A stretch of 24,000 bases of DNA. Source: Pallidibacillus pasinlerensis (GTDB lineage Bacteria; Bacillota; Bacilli; Bacillales; Caldibacillaceae). Below are positions 1-9,527 of this stretch, one piece after another; the stretch's first letter is position 1, and every line of letters begins with the position of its first letter. The notes beneath the pieces were generated by a model. The model was not told the origin of the DNA. It worked only from the letters and a program-made list of their open reading frames with translations, and searched no databases. Made by a program: the position numbers and the translations under genes. The stretch is taken from positions 24,474-48,473 of the forward strand of contig NZ_JAACYS010000015.1 in the NCBI RefSeq assembly GCF_009996845.1. The letters are read 5' to 3'.

Positions 1-797
1 AACTCAGTTCACTTGTTGGACTTGAGGAAGTAAAAAAAGTTATTAAAGAAATATATGCTTGGATTATTGTGAATAAAAAGCGTGAAGAAATGGGGTTAAA
101 AGCTGGAAAACAAGTTCTTCACATGATGTTTAAAGGAAATCCCGGAACCGGAAAAACTACCGTTGCTCGTTTAATCGGCAAACTTTTGCATAAAGTAAAT
201 GTATTATCTAAAGGACATTTACTAGAATGTGAAAGAGCGGATTTAGTTGGAGAATATATTGGTCATACTGCTCAAAAAACGAGGGATGTAATAAAAAAAG
301 CGATGGGCGGGATTCTTTTTATAGATGAAGCGTATTCGCTTGGTCGCGGTGGCGAAAAAGATTTTGGTAAAGAAGCGATTGATACCCTTGTAAAACATAT
401 GGAAGACAAACAAAACGACTTTGTATTAATACTCGCAGGATATTCACGAGAAATGGAACATTTTTTATCATTAAATCCAGGATTAGAATCCCGTTTTCCA
501 ATTATAATTGAATTTCCCGACTACTCTGTCGAACAATTAATGGAAATAGCTCGAAGGATGGTAAAGGACAGAGAATACATTTTAAGCACAGATGCTGAAC
601 GAAGACTAAAAGAGCATCTCGTACAAATAAAAGCAACAGTTTTTCAAAATCGTTTTTCAAACGGACGTTATATACGTAATATAATTGAGAAGTCTATTCG
701 GCAACAGGCGATGCGATTATTAATAAATAACCAATATGACAGAACTGATTTAATGACGATTCGTAGTCATGATCTCATCTTCTCGACGGACCGATAG
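1..797 (+). CDS. spoVK: Stage V sporulation protein K (AAA+ ATPase), 5' end cut by window edge
   Basis: The frame is open to the window edge: codons upstream of the ORF-track GTG at 69 read LSSLVGLEEVKKVIKEIYAWII. Walker A GNPGTGKTT and Walker B ILFIDEAY are present. It resembles Bacillus SpoVK, and the spoVK-hflX-ynbB-glnA synteny is conserved. Confidence 0.85.
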   Translation, partial: LSSLVGLEEVKKVIKEIYAWIIVNKKREEMGLKAGKQVLHMMFKGNPGTGKTTVARLIGKLLHKVNVLSKGHLLECERADLVGEYIGHTAQKTRDVIKKAMGGILFIDEAYSLGRGGEKDFGKEAIDTLVKHMEDKQNDFVLILAGYSREMEHFLSLNPGLESRFPIIIEFPDYSVEQLMEIARRMVKDREYILSTDAERRLKEHLVQIKATVFQNRFSNGRYIRNIIEKSIRQQAMRLLINNQYDRTDLMTIRSHDLIFSTDR

Positions 798-835
798 CAA
801 ATAGGGAATTATTGGTATATAATAATATGGTATGG

Positions 836-867
836 AAACAATGCTCTAGTAGTGGAGCATTGTTTTT
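836..867 (+). terminator. Intrinsic terminator after spoVK
   Basis: An 11-bp perfect stem aaacaatgctc (836-846) pairs with gagcattgttt (855-865) around an 8-nt loop, and a T-run follows. Confidence 0.8.
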
Positions 868-898
868 CGTTATTAATCTCCTAGAATAGGGTGATTCA

Positions 899-2176
899 AT
901 GTTAGGAAGAAAAGAGAATGTCATATTAGTTGGTTGCCAATTACCTCATATAGATGACGAAAGATTTCAGTATTCAATGGAAGAGCTGGCATCGTTAACC
1001 GATACAGCTAATGGAGAAGTAAAATTACAAGTTACTCAAAAACGAGAAAGGCCAGATAATTCTACATATATCGGTCGGGGAAAAGTGGAGGAGTTAAAAC
1101 CATTAATTGACGAATTAGAAATTGATGTCATCATTTTTAATAGTGAACTATCTCCGAGTCAAATGCGAAATTTAAATAATGAGTTAAAAGTTCGTATTAT
1201 CGACCGTACCCAATTAATACTTGATATTTTTGCCCAACGAGCAAAATCGAGAGAAGGTAAGTTACAAGTTGAACTAGCACAATTAGAGTATTTATTACCA
1301 AGACTAACCGGGATTGGTACGGAACTTTCGAGGCTCGGTGGAGGAATTGGAACACGAGGTCCTGGGGAAACACAACTTGAAACAGACCGAAGACATATTC
1401 GGAATCGAATTCAAGATATTAAAAATCAATTAGCTGTCGTCGTTGAACATCGAAATCGGTATCGTCAAAGACGGAAGCGAAATAAATCGTTTCAAGTCGC
1501 ATTAATCGGTTATACGAATGCAGGAAAATCAACATTGTTTAATCGTTTAACTGATGCAGAGTCCTATGAAGAAGATAAATTATTTGCCACGTTAGATCCA
1601 TTAACGAGACGCATGGTATTACCGAGTGGTTATAAAGTTTTACTGATTGATACGGTTGGTTTTATTGAGGACTTACCAACGACTTTAGTAGCGGCCTTCC
1701 GATCAACTTTAGAAGAGGTAAGTGAAGCGGATTTACTTTTACATGTCGTTGATAGCTCAAATCCCGATTACTATCAGCATGAACAAACCGTTAGTAAAAT
1801 TATGGATGAATTACATGCGGATAATATACCTATGTTAACTTTGTATAATAAAATTGATGCAAAACATCCTGATTTTATTCCGCTAGCCAAAGGTGAAGTA
1901 TTACAAATTAGTGCATTTAAAGAATCGGACAGGTTTTCGGTTAAACGTAAAATCGAAGAAATCATGTTAAAACATATGAATGAATACAATGTGGGATTAC
2001 CTTCATCAGAGGGTAAAACACTCTCTCAGTTAAAGGAAGAAACTATTTTACGTGAATTAAAATTTAACGAAGAGCAAGAAACGTACCAATGCAAAGGTTT
2101 TATCTTTGCTGATCACCCATTAAATGGAGAAATAAAAAAATTTACAAATGGAGATGGAAAACGCAGTGAGGAATGA
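899..2176 (+). CDS. hflX: GTPase HflX
   Basis: G1 [10 protein letters not shown]3 DTVGF and G4 NKID motifs are present, with an HflX-type N-terminal domain ([15 protein letters not shown]). RBS agggtg lies upstream of ATG 899. Confidence 0.9.
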   Translation: MLGRKENVILVGCQLPHIDDERFQYSMEELASLTDTANGEVKLQVTQKRERPDNSTYIGRGKVEELKPLIDELEIDVIIFNSELSPSQMRNLNNELKVRIIDRTQLILDIFAQRAKSREGKLQVELAQLEYLLPRLTGIGTELSRLGGGIGTRGPGETQLETDRRHIRNRIQDIKNQLAVVVEHRNRYRQRRKRNKSFQVALIGYTNAGKSTLFNRLTDAESYEEDKLFATLDPLTRRMVLPSGYKVLLIDTVGFIEDLPTTLVAAFRSTLEEVSEADLLLHVVDSSNPDYYQHEQTVSKIMDELHADNIPMLTLYNKIDAKHPDFIPLAKGEVLQISAFKESDRFSVKRKIEEIMLKHMNEYNVGLPSSEGKTLSQLKEETILRELKFNEEQETYQCKGFIFADHPLNGEIKKFTNGDGKRSEE

Positions 2177-3437
2177 CTTAAAGAACGGAAACGTATTAAA
2201 CCCAATCATTAAAGAAGTAGAAAAACAAATTCGTCCCATTCATGACAAAATTGATGAAATTGTAGAAGCAAATCAATATAAAGTTTTAAAAAGTTTTCAA
2301 AACAACAGTGTAAGTGATTCTCATTTTCATCCTTCAACCGGATATGGTTACGATGATCTTGGCCGTGATACGCTAGAAAAGGTGTATGCCGATTATTTCG
2401 GAACTGAAGCAGGACTTGTCCGTCCGCAAATTATTTCTGGAACCCATGCAATTTCGACGTGTTTATTCGGAGTTCTTCGTCCCGGTGACGAATTACTATA
2501 TATTACTGGAAGTCCATATGACACATTAGAAGAAGTTGTTGGTGCACGTGGCAATGGTGCCGGTAGTTTGAAAGACTTTAATATTAGCTATGATGTTGTC
2601 CCGCTTAAAAATGATGGGAAACCCGATTACGATGCCATCGGTAAAGCAATCAAATCAAACACAAAAATGATTGGTATACAAAGATCAAAAGGTTATGCGA
2701 ATCGTCCATCCTTTACGGTAGATGAAATTGCAGAAATGGTTCGTTTTGTAAAAGAAATAAAAGAAGAGGTTGTTGTTTTTGTTGATAATTGTTACGGTGA
2801 ATTTGTTGAGTTACAAGAACCGACCCATGTTGGCGTTGATTTAATGGCCGGCTCATTAATTAAAAACCCAGGAGCTGGTTTAGTGAAAACCGGGGGCTAT
2901 ATTGTAGGTAAACAAGAGTTAGTTGATATGTGTGCAAACCGATTAACTGCACCAGGTCTTGGGGCGGAAGCAGGCGCATCATTATATAGTCTTTTAGAAA
3001 TGTATCAAGGCTTCTTCCTAGCTCCACATGTTGTAGGTCAAGCATTAAAAGGAGCTGTATTTACAGCAGCTATGTTAGAACGATTAGGACTAAATACAAA
3101 TCCATCTTGGGATGCGAAAAGAACCGATTTAATCCAATCTGTTCAATTTGATGATCGGGAACGAATGATTGCATTCTGTGAAGCAATTCAATATGCATCT
3201 CCAGTTAACTCACAATTTACTCCTTATCCAAGTGAAATGCCAGGATACGACGATGAAGTCATTATGGCAGCTGGAACATTTATTCAAGGTTCAAGTATCG
3301 AATTATCAGCTGATGGACCAATTCGCCCACCTTATGTAGCATACGTTCAAGGTGGATTGACTTATGAACATGTTAAAATTGCCATTTGCTCAGCATTAGA
3401 TCACATAATGGAAAAAGGATTATTACAAATTTCATAA
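2148..3437 (+). CDS. ynbB: PLP-dependent aluminium-resistance / methionine gamma-lyase-like protein (YnbB family)
   Basis: 429-aa ORF in the YnbB position after hflX, with SGTHAIS and QRSKGY (PLP-lysine-like) motifs. It overlaps the hflX 3' end by 29 nt. The true start may be ATG 2154 or GTG 2163. Confidence 0.75.
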   Translation: MEMENAVRNDLKNGNVLNPIIKEVEKQIRPIHDKIDEIVEANQYKVLKSFQNNSVSDSHFHPSTGYGYDDLGRDTLEKVYADYFGTEAGLVRPQIISGTHAISTCLFGVLRPGDELLYITGSPYDTLEEVVGARGNGAGSLKDFNISYDVVPLKNDGKPDYDAIGKAIKSNTKMIGIQRSKGYANRPSFTVDEIAEMVRFVKEIKEEVVVFVDNCYGEFVELQEPTHVGVDLMAGSLIKNPGAGLVKTGGYIVGKQELVDMCANRLTAPGLGAEAGASLYSLLEMYQGFFLAPHVVGQALKGAVFTAAMLERLGLNTNPSWDAKRTDLIQSVQFDDRERMIAFCEAIQYASPVNSQFTPYPSEMPGYDDEVIMAAGTFIQGSSIELSADGPIRPPYVAYVQGGLTYEHVKIAICSALDHIMEKGLLQIS

Positions 3438-3447
3438 ATACATTCAT

Positions 3448-3476
3448 TTGGGCTGTCATGTACAGCCCAACTTTTG
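3448..3476 (+). terminator. Intrinsic terminator after ynbB
   Basis: Stem ttgggctgt (3448-3456) pairs with acagcccaa (3462-3470) around a 5-nt loop, followed by cttttg. Confidence 0.8.
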
Positions 3477-3492
3477 TATGAGGAGGATTAAG

Positions 3493-3827
3493 GTGGAAAA
3501 GATTCAATTCATAAGGGACCTTTTTGAGTCTAACCGAAATATAGATAACCAAATCCCAATGGAAAAGTATATGTGAAATCAATTTCCCTTTTTAGGTATA
3601 AAATCACCCGAAAGGAGACAATTGATGAGGACTTTTTTGCTGAGACAAATGTTTTAAAAGAAGCATTTCAACCTAATTTCGTGCGTGACTTATGGAATTT
3701 GCCTGAAAGAGAATTTCAATATGCGGCTTTAGATTATATTGAAAGATCACTTAAAATAACCGAAAATTATTTTTCAAAGCAATTAAAAAAAGTTCTCCAA
3801 CATTCAAATCTGTTATTGACAATATAA
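3493..3827 (+). pseudogene. Remnant of an AlkD-like DNA alkylation repair glycosylase (nonsense + frameshift + 3' truncation)
   Basis: RBS aggagg (3481-3486) precedes GTG 3493. The frame reads VEKIQFIRDLFESNRNIDNQIPMEKYM, an in-frame TGA (3574-3576), then NQFPFLGIKSPERRQLMRTF, and stops at 3655-3657. Similarity resumes in another frame (DLWNLPEREFQYAALDYIERSLK). This matches my memory of B. cereus AlkD (YMKNHFLFLGIQTPERRQLL ... ELWDLPEREFQAAALD). Only about the N-terminal half is present. Confidence 0.75.
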
Positions 3828-3845
3828 ATAATGATGAAATATAAT
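3816..3845 (+). promoter_or_regulatory. Candidate sigma-A promoter for glnA
   Basis: TTGACA (3816-3821), an 18-nt spacer, then TATAAT (3840-3845), about 110 nt upstream of the glnA ATG. Confidence 0.5.
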
Positions 3846-3870
3846 TACTCCATGATTTTTTTGAGAGAAT

Positions 3871-3922
3871 ATTTAACTACTATGTACACTTACTTTATGA
3901 ACATATTAGTTAAATGTTTTTT
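3871..3922 (+). promoter_or_regulatory. 15-bp inverted repeat plus T-run in the glnA leader (operator or attenuator candidate)
   Basis: atttaactactatgt (3871-3885) and acatattagttaaat (3901-3915) are reverse complements with 1 mismatch. They are separated by 15 nt and followed by g+tttttt (3916-3922). Confidence 0.4.
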
Positions 3923-3955
3923 CACCCAAACTCGTAAAAAATTGGAGGACATTGA

Positions 3956-5290
3956 ATGGGAAAATATACAAAGGATGACATTTTACGTTTAGCAAAAGAG
4001 CAAGAGGTTTCATTTATTCGTTTACAGTTTACCGATATTCTCGGAACAATTAAAAACGTAGAAATTCCCTTCAATCAATTACCGAAAGCATTAGATAATA
4101 AAATGATGTTTGATGGTTCTTCCATTGAAGGATTTGTTCGGATTGAAGAAAGTGATATGTATTTATATCCAGATTTAGATACGTGGGTGATTTTTCCGTG
4201 GACAGCGGGTCGTGGAAAGGTTGCACGGTTAATTTGTGATATATATAACGCAGATGGTACCCCTTTTGCGGGTGATCCGAGAAACAATTTGAAAAGAGTA
4301 TTAAAAGAAATGGAAGAGATGGGGTTTACTCATTTTAATTTAGGTCCAGAACCGGAATTTTTCTTATTTAAATTAGATGAATATGGTGAACCGACATTAG
4401 AATTGAATGACCATGGTGGTTATTTTGATCTTGCACCAACAGATTTAGGTGAAAATTGCCGTAAAGAAATTGTAGTTGAATTGGAAGAAATGGGTTTTGA
4501 AATTGAAGCATCTCACCATGAAGGTGCCCCTGGGCAACACGAAATTGATTTTAAGTATGCTGATGCGATATCAGCTTGTGACAATATCCAAACATTTAAA
4601 TTAGTAGTTAAAACAATTGCCAGAGACTTCGGATTACATGCTACCTTTATGCCGAAACCATTATACGGAATTAGTGGTTCAGGAATGCATTTTAATTTAT
4701 CTTTATTTAAAGGTAATGAAAATGTATTTTATGACCCGGATGGTGAGTTACAACTAAGTGATTTAGCTTATCAATTCATGGCAGGTATTATTAAACATGC
4801 GCCAGGATATACAGCCATTACAAACCCGATTGTCAATTCATATAAACGGTTAGTTCCAGGATATGAAGCGCCAGTTTATGTTGCTTGGTCAGCAAAAAAC
4901 CGTAGTCCCCTTGTTCGTATACCTACGTCAAGAGGACCTAGTACACGAGTTGAGTTACGAAGTGTTGACCCTTCAGCAAATCCTTATTTAGCTATGGCAG
5001 TATTACTTAAGGCGGGATTAGAAGGTATTAAAAATAAATTAACACCGCCTGCTCCAGTTAATCGAAATATTTATGAAATGACAAAAGAAGAACGGAAAGA
5101 AGCCGGTATTATTAGTCTTCCAGATACACTTCATTTCGCTTTGGAAGAATTACGTAAAGATGAAATTATTAAGGAAGCGTTAGGAGAACATATTTATACA
5201 AATTTTGTCGAAGCAAAAGAAATTGAATGGAATATTTTCCGTTCCTATGTTACTAACTGGGAACGAGAACATTATTTGAAACTATATTAG
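3956..5290 (+). CDS. glnA: Glutamine synthetase, type I
   Basis: 444 aa, with RBS ggagga upstream. The protein aligns with GS-I throughout ([46 protein letters not shown]). Confidence 0.95.
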   Translation: MGKYTKDDILRLAKEQEVSFIRLQFTDILGTIKNVEIPFNQLPKALDNKMMFDGSSIEGFVRIEESDMYLYPDLDTWVIFPWTAGRGKVARLICDIYNADGTPFAGDPRNNLKRVLKEMEEMGFTHFNLGPEPEFFLFKLDEYGEPTLELNDHGGYFDLAPTDLGENCRKEIVVELEEMGFEIEASHHEGAPGQHEIDFKYADAISACDNIQTFKLVVKTIARDFGLHATFMPKPLYGISGSGMHFNLSLFKGNENVFYDPDGELQLSDLAYQFMAGIIKHAPGYTAITNPIVNSYKRLVPGYEAPVYVAWSAKNRSPLVRIPTSRGPSTRVELRSVDPSANPYLAMAVLLKAGLEGIKNKLTPPAPVNRNIYEMTKEERKEAGIISLPDTLHFALEELRKDEIIKEALGEHIYTNFVEAKEIEWNIFRSYVTNWEREHYLKLY

Positions 5291-5380
5291 TATTTAGGTA
5301 ATACGTACTTGATAAAAATGCTTTTGATTGTATAAATGCAGTAATTATTTCACTATTAAAATAAATACAATGTATATTAA

Positions 5381-5409
5381 TTGTTATTCTTTAAACGCTA
5401 TGTTATATT
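5381..5409 (+). promoter_or_regulatory. Candidate sigma-A promoter of the rib leader
   Basis: TTGTTA (5381-5386), a 17-nt spacer, then TATATT (5404-5409) with TG at -15/-14. It lies just upstream of the FMN aptamer. Confidence 0.5.
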
Positions 5410-5425
5410 AAGATAAATTAAATAA

Positions 5426-5578
5426 AGGAATCCTTCGGGGCAGGGTGAAATTCCCGACCGACGGTGATGAGGGTGTAAATACTCTCTAAGTCCGTGACCC
5501 ATTTTCCTTTTTTAGGAAAATGGCTGATTTGGTGAAATTCCAAAACCGACAGTTAAAGTCTGGATGGGAGAAGGATAT
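5426..5578 (+). promoter_or_regulatory. FMN riboswitch (RFN element) aptamer
   Basis: Hallmark RFN strings are present: cttcggggcagggtgaaattcccgaccgacggt, agtccgtgaccc, gatttggtgaaattccaaaaccgacagt and agtctggatgggagaagga. P1 closes ccttc with gaagg. The element lies upstream of the rib genes. Confidence 0.9.
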
Positions 5579-5628
5579 CATATAAACGTTTAAAATTCTT
5601 TTTTAAAACGTTTATTTGACATACCATT

Positions 5629-5664
5629 AAAGCCCCATACTTACTTTGTATGGGGCTTTGTTTG
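5629..5664 (+). terminator. Riboswitch expression-platform terminator
   Basis: A 12-bp stem aaagccccatac (5629-5640) pairs with gtatggggcttt (5648-5659), followed by gtttg. Confidence 0.8.
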
Positions 5665-5821
5665 TCATATAAAAGAATTATATTTCCTTTTCCATGATTC
5701 TTTGTTACCTCTTTTTATCAAACTATTCATATTTTTCAACCCTCCAAGCCCTACGCTTTTAGGATTCCCTTTATATTTAATTGTATTTTTTAAACTTTAT
5801 GAAGAGGAGGATGGTGTATAT

Positions 5822-6469
5822 TTGTTTACCGGTTTAGTTGAAGAAATAGGGACAATCAACAACATTCATCAAAACGGACAGACTTTAGTAATTGCTATTA
5901 AAGCTAACAAAATATTATCTGATATACAATTAGGCGACAGTATTGCCGTTAACGGTGTTTGTCTTACAGTGACAAACTTTTCTAAAAATCATTTCGAAGT
6001 AGATGTCATGCCTGAAACATTTAATGATACTACATTAAGATTTTTAAAAGTAGGTTCTAAAGTAAATTTGGAACGTGCATTAGCTGCAAATGGTCGTTTT
6101 GGGGGTCATTTTGTCACCGGACATACTGATGGAATCGGATTAATAAGGAAACGAAGCTATTTTGAAAATGCTATTTTAATAGAAATCGAAATACCAGAGG
6201 AGTTTAATCATCTTGTAATAGAAAAAGGTTCAATTGCTATTGATGGCACCTCCTTGACAATATTTAAATCGAGTCAAAACACGATTACAATTTCACTTAT
6301 TCCGCACACTGCTAAAGCATCTATTCTTGGTTCTAAGAGAGAAGGAGAAAAGGTAAATTTAGAATTTGATATGATGGCAAAATATTTCTATTCTTTCATG
6401 CAAAATAAAAGTCAAACAACAAAGTCAAAAGGTATTGCAATTGAATTTCTAAAAGAAAATGGATTTTAA
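5822..6469 (+). CDS. ribE: Riboflavin synthase (alpha chain)
   Basis: TTG 5822 lies 11 nt after aggagg (5805-5810). From there the product reads (M)FTGLVEEIGTI..., the canonical N-terminus, and shows the two-repeat lumazine-binding architecture. The ORF-track extension from 5702 is hydrophobic junk. Confidence 0.9.
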   Translation: MFTGLVEEIGTINNIHQNGQTLVIAIKANKILSDIQLGDSIAVNGVCLTVTNFSKNHFEVDVMPETFNDTTLRFLKVGSKVNLERALAANGRFGGHFVTGHTDGIGLIRKRSYFENAILIEIEIPEEFNHLVIEKGSIAIDGTSLTIFKSSQNTITISLIPHTAKASILGSKREGEKVNLEFDMMAKYFYSFMQNKSQTTKSKGIAIEFLKENGF

Positions 6470-6510
6470 TAAATGCCTTAATTGTTTAAAAAAGGAGTGA
6501 AATAAATCCA

Positions 6511-7125
6511 ATGTTTAATTCGATAGAGGAAGCTCTGGTGGATTTAAAACAAGGAAAAATTATCATTGTAGTAGATGATGAAGATCGTGAAAATGAGGGT
6601 GACTTTTTAGCACTTGCTGATTTAGCTACGCCAGAGACCATAAATTTTATGGCAAAAGAAGGTAGAGGATTAATTTGCACACCGATTACCGAAGAAATTG
6701 CCAATCGATTAGATTTACATCCTATGGTAGAAAATAACACGGATGCTAAACAAACAGCTTTTACTGTTTCTATTGACCATAAAGAAACTACAACTGGCAT
6801 TAGTGCATTTGAACGCTACTATACAATTTCAAAAATTGTTGATTCAAAAAGTAAAGCTCAAGACTTTAATAGACCAGGGCATGTGTTTCCTTTAATCGCA
6901 AAAAATGGAGGAGTATTAAGTCGTCCTGGTCATACAGAAGCTGCAATTGATTTTGCTAGATTAGTCGGAGTAAACCCGGTTGCAATTATTTGTGAAATTA
7001 TGAATGATGATGGAACAATGGCACGTTTAGAAAATCTTGTACAAATTACTCAGCGATTTGAATGCAAATTAGTATCAATTGAACAATTACAAGAATACTT
7101 ACTGGGACAGCAAGTTAGTATATAA
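6511..7125 (+). CDS. ribB: 3,4-dihydroxy-2-butanone-4-phosphate synthase, monofunctional (no GTP cyclohydrolase II domain)
   Basis: 204 aa that align with the N-terminal half of B. subtilis RibBA as I recall it ([38 protein letters not shown]). The stop falls at the inter-domain linker. Confidence 0.9.
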   Translation: MFNSIEEALVDLKQGKIIIVVDDEDRENEGDFLALADLATPETINFMAKEGRGLICTPITEEIANRLDLHPMVENNTDAKQTAFTVSIDHKETTTGISAFERYYTISKIVDSKSKAQDFNRPGHVFPLIAKNGGVLSRPGHTEAAIDFARLVGVNPVAIICEIMNDDGTMARLENLVQITQRFECKLVSIEQLQEYLLGQQVSI

Positions 7126-7191
7126 GAGAATTAGACAACTTGTTGTGCTATTTTTAGTTTAATATAAAGAATGATATGAGGAGAGATTGAA

Positions 7192-7662
7192 ATGAAAAAA
7201 GTATTTGAAGGTAAATTAATAGGTACAGGACTTAAATTTGCTATTGTCGTTTCCCGATTTAATGAATTTATTAATGGACGTTTGTTAACAGGTGCAGAAG
7301 ATGGTTTAAAAAGACATGGTGTGGATGATGAAAATGTAGAAATATTTTGGGTACCAGGTGCATTTGAAATTCCTTTAACTGCACAAAAATTAGCTGAGAC
7401 TAGAAAATATGATGCTGTTATTACACTCGGAACGGTAATCAGGGGTGCAACACCACATTTTGATTATGTAAGTAATGAAGTTGCAAAGGGTGTGGCAGCT
7501 GCAAGTATGGAGACTGGTGTGCCAATAATTTTCGGTGTTTTAACTACAGATACAATTGAACAAGCAATTGAACGTGCAGGTACAAAAGCTGGTAATAAAG
7601 GATATGATGCAGCTGTATCAGCTATTGAACTTGCAAATTTATATAAAGAAATCGCGAATTAA
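7192..7662 (+). CDS. ribH: 6,7-dimethyl-8-ribityllumazine synthase
   Basis: 156 aa with RBS gaggag. Close to Bacillus RibH ([50 protein letters not shown]). Confidence 0.95.
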   Translation: MKKVFEGKLIGTGLKFAIVVSRFNEFINGRLLTGAEDGLKRHGVDDENVEIFWVPGAFEIPLTAQKLAETRKYDAVITLGTVIRGATPHFDYVSNEVAKGVAAASMETGVPIIFGVLTTDTIEQAIERAGTKAGNKGYDAAVSAIELANLYKEIAN

Positions 7663-7696
7663 CAGTTAAAATAGTTTAATATTTGAGCTTCTATAT

Positions 7697-7735
7697 AAAA
7701 ATCCTTAGCTGCGAAATAGCAGTTAAGGACTTTTT
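7697..7735. terminator. Bidirectional terminator between convergent ribH and lexA
   Basis: Stem tccttagctgc (7702-7712) pairs with gcagttaagga (7719-7729), including one G-U pair. An A-run lies upstream and ttttt downstream. Confidence 0.8.
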
Positions 7736-7747
7736 AGTTAAAATTAT

Positions 7748-8368
7748 TTAATAAATGTGGCGATAAACTCCAATTACTTTACCTAATATTTTTACATTCT
7801 CTACAATAATCGGTGCCATTGTTGAATTTTCTGGCTGTAAGCGAATATAATTCTTTTCTTTATAAAAACGTTTAACCGTTGCCTCATAATCTTCAGTCAT
7901 GGCAACAACAATATCTCCATTTTCAGCTGTGTTTTGTTGACGAACAACTACATAGTCCCCATCTAATATCCCAGCTTCAATCATACTATCACCCATAATT
8001 TCAAGCATGAAAACTTGATCGCCAGCTGGTGCCATTTTTTCCGGTAAAGGAAAATAATCTTCAATATTTTCAACAGCTGTAATTGGTTGTCCTGCAGTAA
8101 CACGTCCAACAATTGGAATGTTACGAACGGGTACTTCAGGTTCTTCAAATTCTTTTCCATCTAATATTTCAATCGCTCTCGGTTTTGTTGGATCTCTCCG
8201 TATTATCCCTTTACTTTCTAAACGAGCTAAATGACCATGAACAGTCGAACTAGATGATAAACCGACAGCTTGACCAATTTCACGAACAGATGGCGGATAA
8301 CCTTTTTCACGTACTTCTTGTTTAATAAAATCTAGTATTTCTTGTTGACGTTTTGATAGTTTGGTCAT
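7748..8368 (-). CDS. lexA: LexA repressor
   Basis: The true start is the ATG at 8368 ([16 protein letters not shown]) behind RBS gaggtgg, giving 206 aa. It has a winged-helix N-terminus, the AG cleavage site (VTAGQP), and the Ser (GDSM) and Lys (TVKRF) catalytic dyad. Confidence 0.95.
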   Translation of the reverse strand: MTKLSKRQQEILDFIKQEVREKGYPPSVREIGQAVGLSSSSTVHGHLARLESKGIIRRDPTKPRAIEILDGKEFEEPEVPVRNIPIVGRVTAGQPITAVENIEDYFPLPEKMAPAGDQVFMLEIMGDSMIEAGILDGDYVVVRQQNTAENGDIVVAMTEDYEATVKRFYKEKNYIRLQPENSTMAPIIVENVKILGKVIGVYRHIY

Positions 8369-8398
8369 AATTTCCACCTCACAAACATATTTTTTAAT

Positions 8399-8428
8399 AG
8401 TATACCATGACGGACAGGTGTTTGACAA
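8399..8428 (-). promoter_or_regulatory. Candidate lexA promoter
   Basis: The minus strand reads TTGTCA, an 18-nt spacer, then TGgTATACT (extended -10). The -35 overlaps SOS box A. Confidence 0.4.
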
Positions 8429-8529
8429 ACGTAAGTTCGTTAAATAATCGAACAGATTTTCGTAAAAACAGTTGACACAAATGTATGTTCGTATTATAAT
8501 TAATTTAACAAAACACGAACAAATATTCG
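8426..8529. promoter_or_regulatory. Cluster of four LexA (Cheo/SOS) boxes in the lexA / yneA-like divergent region
   Basis: The consensus is CGAAC-N4-GTTCG. Four candidate boxes are present: caaacgtaagttcg (8426-8439), cgaacagattttcg (8449-8462), caaatgtatgttcg (8478-8491) and cgaacaaatattcg (8516-8529). Each has 1-2 mismatches in the GAAC/GTTC cores. Confidence 0.7.
8472..8500 (+). promoter_or_regulatory. Consensus sigma-A promoter of the yneA-like operon
   Basis: TTGACA (8472-8477), a 17-nt spacer, then TATAAT (8495-8500). One SOS box lies in the spacer and another just downstream of the predicted start site. Confidence 0.65.
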
Positions 8530-8543
8530 ATGGGGTGAGGAAC

Positions 8544-8729
8544 ATGATTTTACAAAGATTATGGAAAAATTATTGTTATGTTATTCTATTAATAGTAATT
8601 TCAATTGCATTTAGTTTCGTTTATGTGTTTACAATGACAGATTCTAGTAATATAGAACAAGAAAATCAAAATAATGATAGTTATCAACAAGTAGAATATG
8701 CAATTGAATGGAATGAACATAGTAATTAA
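8544..8729 (+). CDS. Small SOS-controlled single-pass membrane protein (YneA/SosA-position cell-division inhibitor candidate, no LysM domain)
   Basis: ATG 8544 follows RBS ggggtgagg. The 61-aa product is [31 protein letters not shown] (one TM helix) plus a 30-aa polar, acidic tail. It is divergent from lexA, as yneA is in B. subtilis. Confidence 0.6.
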   Translation: MILQRLWKNYCYVILLIVISIAFSFVYVFTMTDSSNIEQENQNNDSYQQVEYAIEWNEHSN

Positions 8730-8748
8730 TTTCATAGAAAATGGGTAA

Positions 8749-9428
<680 letters not shown>

Positions 9429-9527
9429 ATTGCTTCTAGTGAAAAAATCTTATACGATATACTAGGTGTATTTTTGTACTTAAAAATAACGATTTCCTAT
9501 AAATATAAATGAAAGAGGTATTTAGAT

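Noticed and set aside
319-501. Antisense ORFs embedded in well-supported genes: 319-501, 1774-1989, 2860-3045, 4075-4287, 6486-6800, 9167-9355, 9497-9790, 11463-12044, 12422-12616, 17096-17344, 19632-20000, 23017-23352 and 23395-23598 (all minus strand).
   Set aside because: Each lies entirely opposite a CDS with strong family motifs. Their translations are low-complexity, Ser/Phe/Ile-rich and lack an RBS, which is typical of shadow ORFs in AT-rich DNA.
3573-3827. 84-aa ORF (+) and the 69-aa ORF at 3373-3582 (-) considered as real genes between ynbB and glnA.
   Set aside because: The + ORF is the second-frame piece of the alkD-like pseudogene, and its N-terminal 25 residues are out-of-frame read-through. 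The minus ORF spans a terminator and has no RBS.
3811-3914. TnrA/GlnR boxes (TGTNA-N7-TNACA) upstream of glnA. The candidates were tgttattgacaatataa (3811-3827), tttaactactatgtaca (3872-3888) and tgaacatattagttaaa (3898-3914).
   Set aside because: Each has 2-3 mismatches in the ten specified positions, which is expected by chance in DNA this AT-rich. They are kept only as a remark under the leader-repeat finding.
5306-5320. Exact 15-mer tacttgataaaaatg repeated at 5306-5320 and 10437-10451.
   Set aside because: My rough estimate for this base composition and window size is about one chance 15-mer match. The flanks do not extend the similarity, and both copies look like ordinary AT-rich promoter-type sequence.
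8369-8545. N-terminal 59-residue extension of lexA in the ORF track. Similar extensions occur on ribE (5702-5821), ccdA (14774-14806), yneI (15511-15537), the signal peptidase (18774-18794) and tag (19951-19959).
   Set aside because: In each case an internal start codon with a well-spaced Shine-Dalgarno gives the canonical family N-terminus and length. The extensions run through promoter or operator DNA, or overlap the upstream gene.
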